Below are positions 9,970 to 20,600 of a DNA stretch of 64,000 nucleotides, in pieces (position 1 is the stretch's first letter; every line of letters begins with the position of its first letter). Origin of the DNA: Obrimoposthia wandeli (Eukaryota); the NCBI GenBank assembly GCA_977020255.1, contig CDROCS010003925.1, positions 1 through 64,000 of the forward strand. Reading direction: 5' to 3'. The notes under the pieces are model-generated. The model did no database searches and was not told the origin of the DNA. It saw nothing but the letters and a program-made list of their open reading frames with translations. The position numbers and the translations under genes were made by a program.

Positions 9970-10172
9970 TTTAATAAAAAATGTTTAATTTAAATATTGT
10001 TTATATACGAAGGCATTTAAGTCTTTTTTATTTTTAATTACTAATTTGATTTATTTGTATATTTGTATTTTCTTAATGATCTTTTTTTTATTTCTTACAT
10101 ATTACTTTACGTTTTACTATCAACTTTGTAAAAGGCATTGCGAATTTATTTTTATAATTGTTCTCTATTTGT

Positions 10173-10789
10173 TTATAAACAGTTACTCCCTTTAGAATTA
10201 AATATGTCTGTTAAAACACGTAAATCATCTGGGCAAGCTTGTGTAAAGTCAATAAATATATACCCATGTGCTTGTTTAGCAGCATCGTGGAATGAATCAA
10301 CTAGAAAGTTCTTATTTTGAGGAAATGCCTGTCTGGCCACAAAATCAACAACTGTTTGATCTCTAGGATTTTTAAATAAAACTAAGTAATGTACATTAAG
10401 ATTTCTTGTTCTATGGTGACCTCCTTGGTGAAACAGATTTTGAGTGATAAATATAACTGTAACTTCACGATGTCTTGCAATCTTTGTAAATAAATTATTA
10501 AAGTCCGATTCCTTGTTAGCCTCCTCATACAAATCATCAATTATTATTACATCTTCTTTTTTTCAATCTTTCACACCAATTTGCATCAAATCCTTCAATA
10601 AATTTTATACCCTTCAACTTACAAACTTCTGTTTTGGTTAACCCGCTTTCCTGCACCATGATGCCAATAAATATTTTTGAAACAAGATTTGAAAAGAGAT
10701 TCATTTTGCAACAATTTACAGACGAAATGTGTCTTTCCACTTCCACTTGGGCCAACTATTTGAAATACAGCATTATTATTTAGCTCCAT
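10173..10789 (-). pseudogene. A32/FtsK-like genome-packaging ATPase, two frameshifts
   Basis: MELNNNAVFQIVGPSGSGKTHF (Walker A), VIIIDD (Walker B), FTKIARHREVTVIFITQNLF, RTRNLNVHYLVLFKNPRD, AAKQAHGYIFID. Three different frames are needed to read it through. Confidence 0.9.
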
Positions 10790-10864
10790 TGCATATACTC
10801 TTTCATTTTTAATATTGTTTATATTATCATAGAAGTTTCCTTATTGAAATGTACAATGTTAGAG

Positions 10865-11098
10865 CTATTGTAGATGAAATACAAAATTAATTAATGAATA
10901 TTTGGCTATAATTTTATTTATTTGTGTACGATTTCTAAATTCTCGAATAACGTGTGATCTAACCAATATTTCAATGTTATCTCTTGTTATATCATTATTT
11001 TTTAATTCTGATAAAATTTCTTTACCCCTAATTTTTCCAGAAAATATTTCATCGGCAAGCCGATCCACTTCATTGTCTCTATTTATAGTATTATTCAT
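10865..11098 (-). CDS. Small helical hypothetical protein of the element (77 aa)
   Basis: Intact ORF co-oriented between the TBP-like gene and the ATPase. No family recognised. Confidence 0.4.
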   Translation of the reverse strand: MNNTINRDNEVDRLADEIFSGKIRGKEILSELKNNDITRDNIEILVRSHVIREFRNRTQINKIIAKYSLINFVFHLQ

Positions 11099-11126
11099 TC
11101 AAAACAATAAGTTTAAACGGGTTTGT

Positions 11127-11625
11127 TTATAGAAAAGATAACAAGATGTAATAAGATATATTTTCTAAAATAAAATCAACTATGTCTGGATAATCAAAAT
11201 TTTTCAATCCCAATATCATAACTTTACCACTGGAAAATATATTTACACATAGCGGTTTAAACTTCAAATAACTGAGAGCAGGAAAAATTTCTGGTTCAAA
11301 CATGCATTCTTCTTTCATTTTCTCTGCAGTTTTAAAAAGATTTATCTGTTTCCCGAGATTAGCCGAAATCGTGATTGATTGTATTGCAGTGATTTGAATT
11401 CCAAATGGTAAATTGAACCTAAGCATTGGTATTTTGCATCCCATAACACGACAATTTCCTAAAGAATTCAATATGAAAATAAAATAAAAACTAACCTGTA
11501 GGAAAAATAACAACTGTGAAATTGTCAAACTTTTCTACATATTGTCTCGGCTTTCATTCATTGAATGGTAAGTACGAAACATCATCTTCTGTTCTACCTT
11601 TATAATTTATATTTACGAGTTTCAT
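11127..11625 (-). pseudogene. TATA-binding-protein-like gene (2 exons, ~153 codons, one in-frame TGA)
   Basis: Exon 1 11625-11496, intron 11495-11459 (GT..AG, 37 bp), exon 2 11458-11127. Translation MKLVNINYKG..PFNE*KPRQYV..VVIFPTG|NCRVMGCK..IQSITISANLGKQINL..CMFEPEIFPALSYLKFKPLCVNIFSSGKVMILGLK matches both TBP pseudo-repeats (LIFxSGKxVxTGAK; YEPELFPGL). Confidence 0.8.
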
Positions 11626-11654
11626 TAGACTGAAATTGTATTCTGTAAAGTCTT

Positions 11655-11832
11655 CTTTATATATGTCTGAACCTGATTTTTTATTGCACGTTTCTTGTAA
11701 TTATCTTGCAAACCTATTATAATTGGATGATATATTTAGTCCAATCAAATTCAATGCTTAGTCCATTCAAATTCAATGCTTAGTTATATTAACCAATGAG
11801 ATTCATGTCTTTGTTAGAAATTAGTATAAAAG
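11655..11832. promoter_or_regulatory. Bidirectional promoter between the TBP-like gene and the paralog pair
   Basis: Minus-strand TATATAAAG (11663-11655) with CCAAT (11726-11722); plus-strand CCAAT (11793) with TATAAAAG (11825); a 22 bp tandem duplication tagtcca(a/t)tcaaattcaatgct at ~11737-11780. Confidence 0.55.
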
Positions 11833-11862
11833 AATGCGCCATTGGAGGACAAATCACAGTAA

Positions 11863-12339
11863 ATGCATTCATATCAAAGACAATTATCAACGATGGACGA
11901 TAGCCAACGGGTATTAGGCGATGACGAAGAAATGTTTGAAGAATCGGATAAGGATATGTATGAAGAAGTGAAACAATATTTCCAATACAAAGTCAGATTC
12001 TTGAAGAAGGCTCAACTGATTGCTTTAGTAAATCCTGTGACAATTGAAAGAAGAAAGTTCAGCTACTATCTATCAGGTATTCAAAAACCTGATTTTCAAT
12101 ATCTTAAACAGAAAATAGAAAAGGCAGTTCCGAATTTTACTTTCAATAAGAACGAATTTTATATCCGAGGAGCCGATGAAGCATTTCTAGATGACTATGG
12201 AAGATATGTTGATATTGATGCGTTTCCGAAAAAGAAGCAATGGACTGTAACAATTCGACTTTATGGTTACAAGAAAGATGAAATGGGAACAAAGTTGCCT
12301 ATGTGGAAAATTGAACGTGCTCATATTTCTATGTTTTAA
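11863..12339 (+). CDS. Hypothetical protein A of a tandem paralog pair (possible OB-fold/SSB-like)
   Basis: Intact 158 aa ORF with an acidic N-terminus. Aligns by eye with 12485-12877 (LK..Q.I...NPV.I, DF..LK, F.DD.G, W...IRL.GY..D, P.W....A). The fold is an inference. Confidence 0.65.
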   Translation: MHSYQRQLSTMDDSQRVLGDDEEMFEESDKDMYEEVKQYFQYKVRFLKKAQLIALVNPVTIERRKFSYYLSGIQKPDFQYLKQKIEKAVPNFTFNKNEFYIRGADEAFLDDYGRYVDIDAFPKKKQWTVTIRLYGYKKDEMGTKLPMWKIERAHISMF

Positions 12340-12484
12340 CTTTTGTGTGTAATAAATTGTAATCGGTTTTACTATGTTTCTTTCATTTAATAATCAGTTT
12401 TATTTGTATCTTATTTGTATCTTATGTGTATTTTTTATAAAACATTGTTTTTAATCAGTTTCCTTATTTTAGAATGGATAAGAG

Positions 12485-12877
12485 ATGTGTAGCAAATTTT
12501 ATTATCCAGAAAGAATTTCAAAAGGAAAACTATGTAATATATTAAAGAGGCATCAAATTATACGAGTTATGAATCCTGTGAAAATATCAAAAGTGGAGAA
12601 AAAATATCTCATCGAAATTTTAACAACAACTGATTTTGATCAACTGAAAAATATTTTGGGATTTTACATTCCTGATTATGTATATGAAGGAAATTGTTTC
12701 GAGCTTGAAACTGATCCCAGTCTGGATTTTAAAGATGATCTAGGATATTTGATTGCTCCAATTCTAGATGAAGAACTATGGAATATCTCAATACGTCTGA
12801 ATGGATATTTTGCTGATGACGGGAAAATGCAGCCTCTCTGGACTTTAAGTGAAGCCAATATGTTGTTTTATGTTTAA
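12485..12877 (+). CDS. Hypothetical protein B of a tandem paralog pair (possible OB-fold/SSB-like)
   Basis: Intact 130 aa ORF sharing the motif series with 11863-12339, followed by AATAAA. Confidence 0.65.
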   Translation: MCSKFYYPERISKGKLCNILKRHQIIRVMNPVKISKVEKKYLIEILTTTDFDQLKNILGFYIPDYVYEGNCFELETDPSLDFKDDLGYLIAPILDEELWNISIRLNGYFADDGKMQPLWTLSEANMLFYV

Positions 12878-12946
12878 TAAATATTGTGAAAAATAATTTT
12901 GTCTCGTATTTTGTTTTTGCTCCTCTAAATTATATAGATCTGACCG

Positions 12947-13113
12947 ATGTTTTTCGTGCCTGTAGATCAAGAATGAAGCCCGCCCCGAAGGGACGGGTGG
13001 TGTATGTTAGGTTATGACACGGGTCGTTTACATTTGTAGTTGTGAAAGGTAAAGTGATACTGTAGCGCATGTTTTTTGTAGTTATTTTCGCGAGAATGGA
13101 GCCCGCCCCGACG
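12947..13113 (-). repeat. Right terminal inverted repeat (runs into the assembly gap)
   Basis: atgtttttcgtgcctgtagatcaagaatgaagcccgccccgaagggacggg...gtgaaaggtaaa mirrors 1-110. A second copy of the gaatg(a/g)agcccgccccga motif begins at ~13094. Confidence 0.9.
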
Positions 13114-13263
13114 NNNNNNNNNNNNNNNNNNNNNNNNNNNNNNNNNNNNNNNNNNNNNNNNNNNNNNNNNNNNNNNNNNNNNNNNNNNNNNNNNNNNNNN
13201 NNNNNNNNNNNNNNNNNNNNNNNNNNNNNNNNNNNNNNNNNNNNNNNNNNNNNNNNNNNNNNN
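13114..13263. other. Assembly gap (150 N)
   Basis: Run of N. It hides the right terminus and TSD of the Polinton. Confidence 1.
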
Positions 13264-13272
13264 CTCCATTAG

Positions 13273-14228
13273 TTTGCAAAGAATCACTCTGACTACTTTA
13301 GTTCACGAAGAAGCACTCAGACAGGAATACTTCGAGACGCAGCCGCCATCTCCCATCTTCAGAAGCCGCGAGAAGTGAGAGGAGTAAATTTTATATAAAA
13401 AGATAAATTAATTCTTGGTTATTGCAGAAAAATATCAGAAGAGCAGAAAAATTCGGAACTACAGATATTCAAGTTAGTAAATTGGGAACTACAGATATTC
13501 AAATTAACAAATTCGGAACTACAGATATTCAAATTAGTAAATTTGGAACTATATATATTCAAATTAACAAATTTGGAACTAAAGATATTTAAATTAGTAA
13601 ATTTGGAACTACTGATATTTAAATTGAACTGGTGAGCAAAAAACACAACTTACATAAAGTACATTTTGAGTAAAGATGAATTTAATTTTCAAGTACATTA
13701 TTGAGTAAAGAAGAATTTAATTTTTAAGTACATTTCAAGTAAAATACGTTTAAATTTGAAGTATATTTCAAGTAAAATACATTGAATTTTACGTACATTT
13801 CGAGTCAAACGACGTTAGTGAATTAGTCGACAATAACATATTAAATTAAAGAGTTAGATAGACGGGTAGAAAGGCACTGGGAATAATTTGAAGGGTGATT
13901 ATAGCAGGAGGCCTGTAAAAGTATACGCATATAAAAGTGTCAACCCTATTGTGTTTTCTGTAGTAATTTGAGGAAGTTTTAAGTGTACTAACTTAAATAG
14001 TTATTTTAGCGAAATCAATAGAAGATTCATTCCGAGTTAAATTCTCTGTGAAATTCGTGTGCCCCTAAAATATAGATTAGCTGAGTGACAACCAACAAGA
14101 CAATATTGCAGGTGCTGACAGATTCAGATAAGTATTGTCTACGTCAATTGGTCCCGGTTCTGTTTCATCGATATTCGATCTTGATGTTGCCAGACCCTTC
14201 CGACATAAAAGCTAACTCAGCTGAATAA
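13273..14228 (+). CDS. Last two coding exons of an unidentified host gene
   Basis: Exon 13273-13374 (AG/GT, phase 0-0, FAKNHSDYFSSRRSTQTGILRDAAAISHLQKPRE) and terminal exon 14112-14228 (VLTDSDKYCLRQLVPVLFHRYSILMLPDPSDIKANSAE*). Both are GC-rich islands like other host exons; AATAAA at ~14455. Confidence 0.55.
13449..13628 (+). repeat. 30 bp tandem repeat x6 with alternating variants (60 bp higher-order unit)
   Basis: aaatt(c/t/g)ggaactacagatattcaa(a/g)tta(gt/ac), with unit ends alternating ttagt and ttaac. Confidence 0.9.
13656..13810 (+). repeat. Degenerate ~32 bp tandem repeat x ~5
   Basis: Recurring aagtacatt(t)..(g/a)agtaaa..(g)aatttaa.ttt. Confidence 0.7.
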
Positions 14229-14484
14229 CTATCCACTCTGTGTTACATCACACCACACTTGCTTTGGGCCCCTGTTAGCTATTCTGTGAACATAACTCCT
14301 TGAACACACCACAAATCAGAAAGACACAAAACCTTCAGATTGAGACTAGAATTAATTAGGACAACAACAGGTAGGCCACATCCATCTGTAAGCCCTATCA
14401 ATACAGAACTCACGTTGTGGGCCTCCATACGAGGATCTATTTGAAGAGTTTCAAATAAAACCCACAACAAACTTAAGGATTTTG

Positions 14485-14920
14485 CTTAAGGATTTGAACC
14501 TCTACTTTTAGTATTTGCTGACTTTGAGAGTTTGCTTGAGCCAGATCGTGATTATAATCAACAACACGTACCTATTTATGTTGGTTTATTGCTTAAACAT
14601 AATATTGATGATGTGAGAGAACATTATTCTTTTTAAGGTTGTGATTTTGAAAATGATTTATTTGATAAATTAAACGAAAATCTCATAAATAAAGTAGTGA
14701 CTTTTTATAATGAACATATGAATGCAAGCATGGTTTATATTAATTCAGGTAAACTTAATCATTTCAATGCTACTCAATGGTACTTGTGTAAGAAACCGCA
14801 ACCCTATTATGTCCGCAAAGTCCCTCTTGCTTTGAAGCCTGGATAAAAATAAATAAAAATTTCAATTCTTTTTAGAATTGAAATGTTTTTTGTTGAAATA
14901 ATTTATGTTTATAGGATGCT
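14485..14920 (+). mobile_element. Dispersed repeat copy 1, derived from a different Polinton pPolB (ExoI to EndoVII start)
   Basis: Translates VFADFESLLEPD..QQHVPIYVGLLL..NATQWYLCKK with a stop. Highly similar to 31879-32284. Confidence 0.75.
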
Positions 14921-16084
14921 TTGCTAGTGTTCTTGAATATTAGAATTTGAGCGTAATACATTCTACATACATTTTTGCAGATTGTAAACTTCAGATTAAC
15001 AATATCATGAAGTTGCTAATGAAATTAATTAGTTGAGTACGAAAATCATAAAAAAATGTTATATTGTTTTATGTTTTACATTTTGAAAGCATTAAATATT
15101 TTAAAAAATCTGGACGCAAGGGTAAAGATAATTATATTAGCTCAAGAGCATCCTAAAGCTTAAATCCGGTCCTGGATGTTCTTATGATAATTAATTGTTT
15201 TTTCGATTTACTTAAAATGTAGTGACGCGTTTACTTAGGTAACTAATTATTTTTTGATTTACATTTTTAAGTACGGAAGATTTTATCTGTGTATAAATGA
15301 TGTAATATTGACAGTGTCAATTTGGAAAACTTTCTAAAGTAATCCTTAAAAGAATTACCTCTAATTATAAAATTCCTGTACTTATGAGATAGACAAATCT
15401 TTAAACAGATATTTAAAAGAAAATACTATATAAATCTTTGATGAATATTTTCATAAAATATAAAAGTGTTAAGGAAAGAAACAATAGGAACTGGTTGTTC
15501 TGCAAAAAAATCGTTTTTTATTTATGTGAAAATTTGTGTCTTTTCATTCGAAGGACTTAAACAAATTTCAACTGTTAGAGTCAGATATAAGAATACGAAA
15601 AATAACAAAAATATAAAGTTATTTACAAAATTTATTTACAAAAAGGCTAAAGTTTAAAAGTTACAAAAGTTTAAAAATATTAATTAATTTTAAATACAAT
15701 TCTTTATTTTGTGAAATAAGTTTTGTGTCATAAATTTATTTGAGAATTAGAACTATGCTAAAATGATTAAAGAAATATTCTTTCATTTCATCTTTGATTG
15801 AAAGTTCTTAAAATTCTGTATTAAATTAATTCACAAAAATGTAATTTTTGTTTTTTAAAACGTTAAATAATTTAACTTTATAAATGAATTTCTATGCGAT
15901 AAAAAGTCTTTAATTAATGATTCAAGTTTTATTAAAATGGATAAATCAATTCAAATTCAATAAAGTAAGTTTTCCAAAAAGTACCCTTGCTTCAGAAACT
16001 CTTATAAGAAGTACATAAAACTTTACAATACTAACATGCAGGCACACCTTGAGGATGACAAATAGCAGTTGATTAGTGGAGACA

Positions 16085-16190
16085 GTTGCTTTCTTAACAG
16101 TGTGTCTTTCAGATGAGGCTACGTTTAAACTCTATGGGTCGATGGAAACATACAACTATAGGATTTTGGGATTAATAAATCCGTATGCTT
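16085..16190 (+). mobile_element. Tc1/mariner (DD37D-like) transposase remnant
   Basis: FLNSV.FSDEATFKLYG..YNYRILGLINP resembles the FSDEAxFHLxGxVNxxNxRIWGxENP motif. Boundaries approximate. Confidence 0.55.
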
Positions 16191-17692
16191 ATCTTACAGT
16201 CAACTAGAACATGTCACTGAATTATTGGACTGTACTTTTCAAAAGAAAGGTAAATGGGAAAAAGTATTTTTACTCCATTACATATATATAAGACGACTCA
16301 TCACTACATTCTTACAAAATAATGAGGGATATCATCAGTGGGATCTTGAAGTTAGAACATTTCATAACTCCAAATTTTATTCTTGTTGAATATAAAGAAA
16401 TCCTTCATTTACTCTGCCTTACGAAACACTGATTTAATTCTGATATACTTTTTCCCAAAGGATTGTGTTAAAAAATTGAATGAAATTCTAATAAAAAATA
16501 GTTTTATGGCCTTATTAATGATGTTAAATAAGTGTATTTTGTAATTTTGAACGTCATTGAAGTTATACTTGCATTAATAAAATTGCACAATCAAATGAAA
16601 ATACAGTCAAACCCTCATATTAAATGAATAAAGTAAGTCTGAAACAAAATGAGATTTTAAAACGAATTGAAATATTATACAATTATAGGACAAATTATTA
16701 AATTTTGCACATAAAGAACTGTCAAACAGAATAAATTAACCATGTTTGTCGCGGAAATACAAATTTAAAACAATTCAATATCAAATTAAGAGAATTTAGA
16801 AACAAAATTTGTCAAAAGAAAAGAGGAAAAAGGTCTAGCTAAAATATATTCAATACATTTTCATATATTTTCTATATAATTAAGTGCATTGTTGCTAATG
16901 TTTTGTAGTCAATGTGTGCTGATTACCTAATCATATTCATTGTTTTCACTTTTAATTTTAAACAATCTATTTTTATTGTAATTTATAATTTAATTAAATA
17001 ATGTAAATCTAATTCTTTATAAAAAATAAGATTTGATCAAAATTGTTTTCAAAACAACTTTTTGTTTTCTAAAACGAAACTACCTTGATTCCTGCTTCAT
17101 ACTACATCATATAAAAAAATTACATGTAAATTTGACAAATGTTTATAAAATGAAGAATGTTACGTGTTTCAAAAGCTTTTCCATTATGAAGTTCAACAGG
17201 AGTTAGATGATTTGACAGACTTGTCATGGCTGTTTCACCCCATTAAAAAAACTTGTAATTTTATCGAGTTTGTTAGCCATGAAAAATGATGCAGAAATTA
17301 CTCTGCAGAAAAGTTTTGTAATTGTGACAATACACGCATGCCTCAATTAATTGCATTAGTGTGTGCCTTTATTTCTATCGCGCACACACACGGCTCTTTA
17401 TTTACAGAGTTACAGAGTTTAGATCACACAACTGTACGATATGAATCACTTGTTAGTCAATCTCTACATTCAATCGTAGTCACAATCACAAAACAATTCA
17501 ATAGACATTCTGCTCAATTCAATTGAATCTTGGTTCTGAATTGGCATCAATAATTGTACAACAATATTGTGGGTTCAAGAGTGACAAAAATTGATTCTAT
17601 AAATATACGTTAAATGTAGGTAGATACATTTAAGGCTGTCTGATTATTTTATATGGATTTTTTTATTGACTTGTAGATTAATTTAATGCAAA

Positions 17693-20600
17693 ATGGAAAA
17701 TAACAACGCTTCGTCAATTATTATTGAAGACTATGTAAAAACATTCTACGTCAAATCTCAAGTAGAATACAATTCAAACCCAGAATATGGATTACCAAAA
17801 AAGGTAAGTTTTTATTTTAAAGCAAATATATACAAATGTATTGTATGTAAAAATTTTTGGAATTAAATATGAATTTGGAAGTTAAAAATATTTTTCATAA
17901 TTTTACATTTCCACAGCTACGTACTAAAATAATAAATTTGTTGGGGTAAATGTACATAAAATGTGTATGGAAGTTAATTTACAGAAAAATTATTTTATGG
18001 TTTATAGAATTAGTTAAAATTTGAATACATGTGTGGTTATTTTAATTTCTAATATTTAGATGCTGTTATCAAACAAAGTTAAATGCTACTGATAAGAAAT
18101 CCGGAAAGTAGTTGAAAATTGAATATGAAAATTAAATTGCAGTTAATTTTGATTAATAGCGTCGTAGAGTAAAAATCAAAACTTTCTATGTTTATAATTT
18201 TCTAATCTTAATTATTTAGAAAAATTATCTTATCTAATACATTGATACATTCATACGTAATATTGGTAAAATGATAATAAATTATTATATGCAGGTATAT
18301 TTAATAAAATGTCATGGGAATCAATATTGCACATAGTAATTTTTAGATATTTTTTTGTATTTCTTTGAATCTTATCTATAAAGATGATAAAATATCACTT
18401 ATACTTTGAATGTAAAGTTAAAATAAAAAAAGTCTTAGAAGGAATGTACGAATAACTTAAAGATTACTTTTTAAAATAAATATTTATATTCGATAAAGAA
18501 ATATATTTTAATAAGAAAAAATTATTTGTAAGTACAAATATTTTAAATACGTATTAAGTTTTTTCAGTTAAAATTCACACTTTTTTGAGACTACCTGATG
18601 TATATTAAATAAATATAATACACATAAGTATAACGTATGATTATTCAGTCACAGCCAACTACACCTAATCCAACTGATTAGTGCCGTTATAAAGAGTCGG
18701 CATGTAATCCTATAGTATAAGATGAAATTAGTATTAATAAATAGCAAAACTTACCGATAAAAAACAGCATCTATCCAAAATGAATGTTGCCGTAAAAACT
18801 GAATAATACTCTACTATAGAATCATGCAGTCGCACACATCTACAGGGCAGAAAAAAAAAATGTGTTTGTGATTTTTACTATAGGGGTGTGTTAACAAATT
18901 GAATAGTGCCGTAAAAAGTCATTAGGTACCCGTTTTTTATTAAAATACATAGAAAATATACCCCCCTAACGATGAAAGGATGGTACTTTAAGAACTATTA
19001 AATGTTTATGAAGATTTGGAGATTATGTTTTATAATATTATATTAAAAAAAACTTTATAACTGACCGTAACTGATGTTAGTCGTTTTCAGAAAATCATAG
19101 GAAGAAATGGGTTTTTCTTCATAATTAAAAGAATATTCTCTGAGCTCCAAGGCCTTGATTGAAGCATGAGACTGGAATCTTCTTTTTATAAAGGCACAGT
19201 TAGGGGAATTGTTTGCAAACCATGTAATCAATCTAATAATATCAGCAGGAGCTCCAAGGAGTATTAAAATCAAAAAATCCAAAACAGGCAGTAAATTTGT
19301 TATTGGAGGCAGAGATCAAAATCCGTACACGATACTGATAGATATGGCTCAATTTCTCAGAATATTGTTGAGCAATTCAATGTTTGGACAAATATGACAT
19401 TTTTGGTACCTGAGTTCATTTTAATATAATTTTAATAAAATAATCACCTTTTCATGTCTTATTCATGTTTAATAATCCAAATAAATTCTAAAATTATTAA
19501 AAAAACACATAAAAAGTGCAAACTTACTAGTCAACGGCACTAATCATATTGCTATCGGCAATATCGACTTTGATTGGGTGTATAATGTAGAAATTATAAC
19601 TAAAATTTAATATTTTTCATTATTCTTTCTGTATTACAAATAAGAAATGTTTTAAGGAGGTATAAAAATGATCAAAAAAATATATCATGTAATGAAATCT
19701 AAAAGTTATTTACGTTTCTTCTAAATATTGAGAAATAAGCCTCAGATGGACTCTGGAATATCTTCTCTGGACTATTAACATATTATGATAATATACCTTT
19801 ATAAACGTCCTATTAATGTACGTACGACGATCGACTCAAAACCGTTTCCGTTCACCGGAGTTCATATGTTTCTATTTCATATACAGGGTTGTTTGAAAGT
19901 TAAAAAAAAAATTTAATTGCAATATCACAATAAAATGAGGAAATGTTAAAAATACTTTATATAAAATAATTTTTATTTCACTTTTATAAAAAAAACTGTC
20001 CCAAAAACACTAAATTTACATCAATTAATAGATATTAAGCTGCTAGATAAATGCTTGTAGGTAATTCCGAATAATAAAATATAGGTAAAGGGCTGCTTTT
20101 AGGTAATGATTTATTACACTAATCAATGACATCAACGCCTTCAACACAATTTTGGTTACTAAACCTCATGTTTGGCCATTATGGAGAAATTATCTTTCTT
20201 ATATTAGTAACTTTTTAACAGTTTTTCTACAAAGAGATAATTCATATTTGATGATTCAGAAGTTGTTGGTATTAAAATGTCTATAATTAATCTTAATATG
20301 CGACCCAGAATGTGATGTTGACATCCTACGTACAAATGAATGTCGTAAAAATGATTATGAAATTGTTTTTGTAATCCTATAAAAACTCCTGATTTGTTCT
20401 ATGAATTAACATTAGACGTGTCACATATAATCGTCTTTATCGACAGTTATGCATTAAACCCTTCTATCAGATAGATTAATCAACTCAGTGCATACATTTT
20501 TGATCCTATCTTTCATACATTTATGTAAACTTTTTTATCGTTGAACAATTTGGATTTTAGGAGGAATTCTCACTAAATTTGTGATATTGTCGATTGTGCC

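Larger units (their letters stand above)
1..13113. mobile_element. Polinton/Maverick (adintovirus-like) endogenous DNA element, reduced and degenerate, ~13 kb visible
   Basis: Bounded by inverted repeats (1-110 vs 12947-13053). Contains an rve integrase with chromodomain, Walker A/B packaging ATPase, penton-like ORF, pPolB N-terminal/ExoI/EndoVII region and the two small GG-motif ORFs typical of Polintons. True termini and TSD are not visible (window edge, N gap). Confidence 0.93.

Noticed and set aside
1098-13810. Tandem arrays as a possible CRISPR locus
   Set aside because: Units are contiguous with no unique spacers, there are no cas genes, and the context is eukaryotic.
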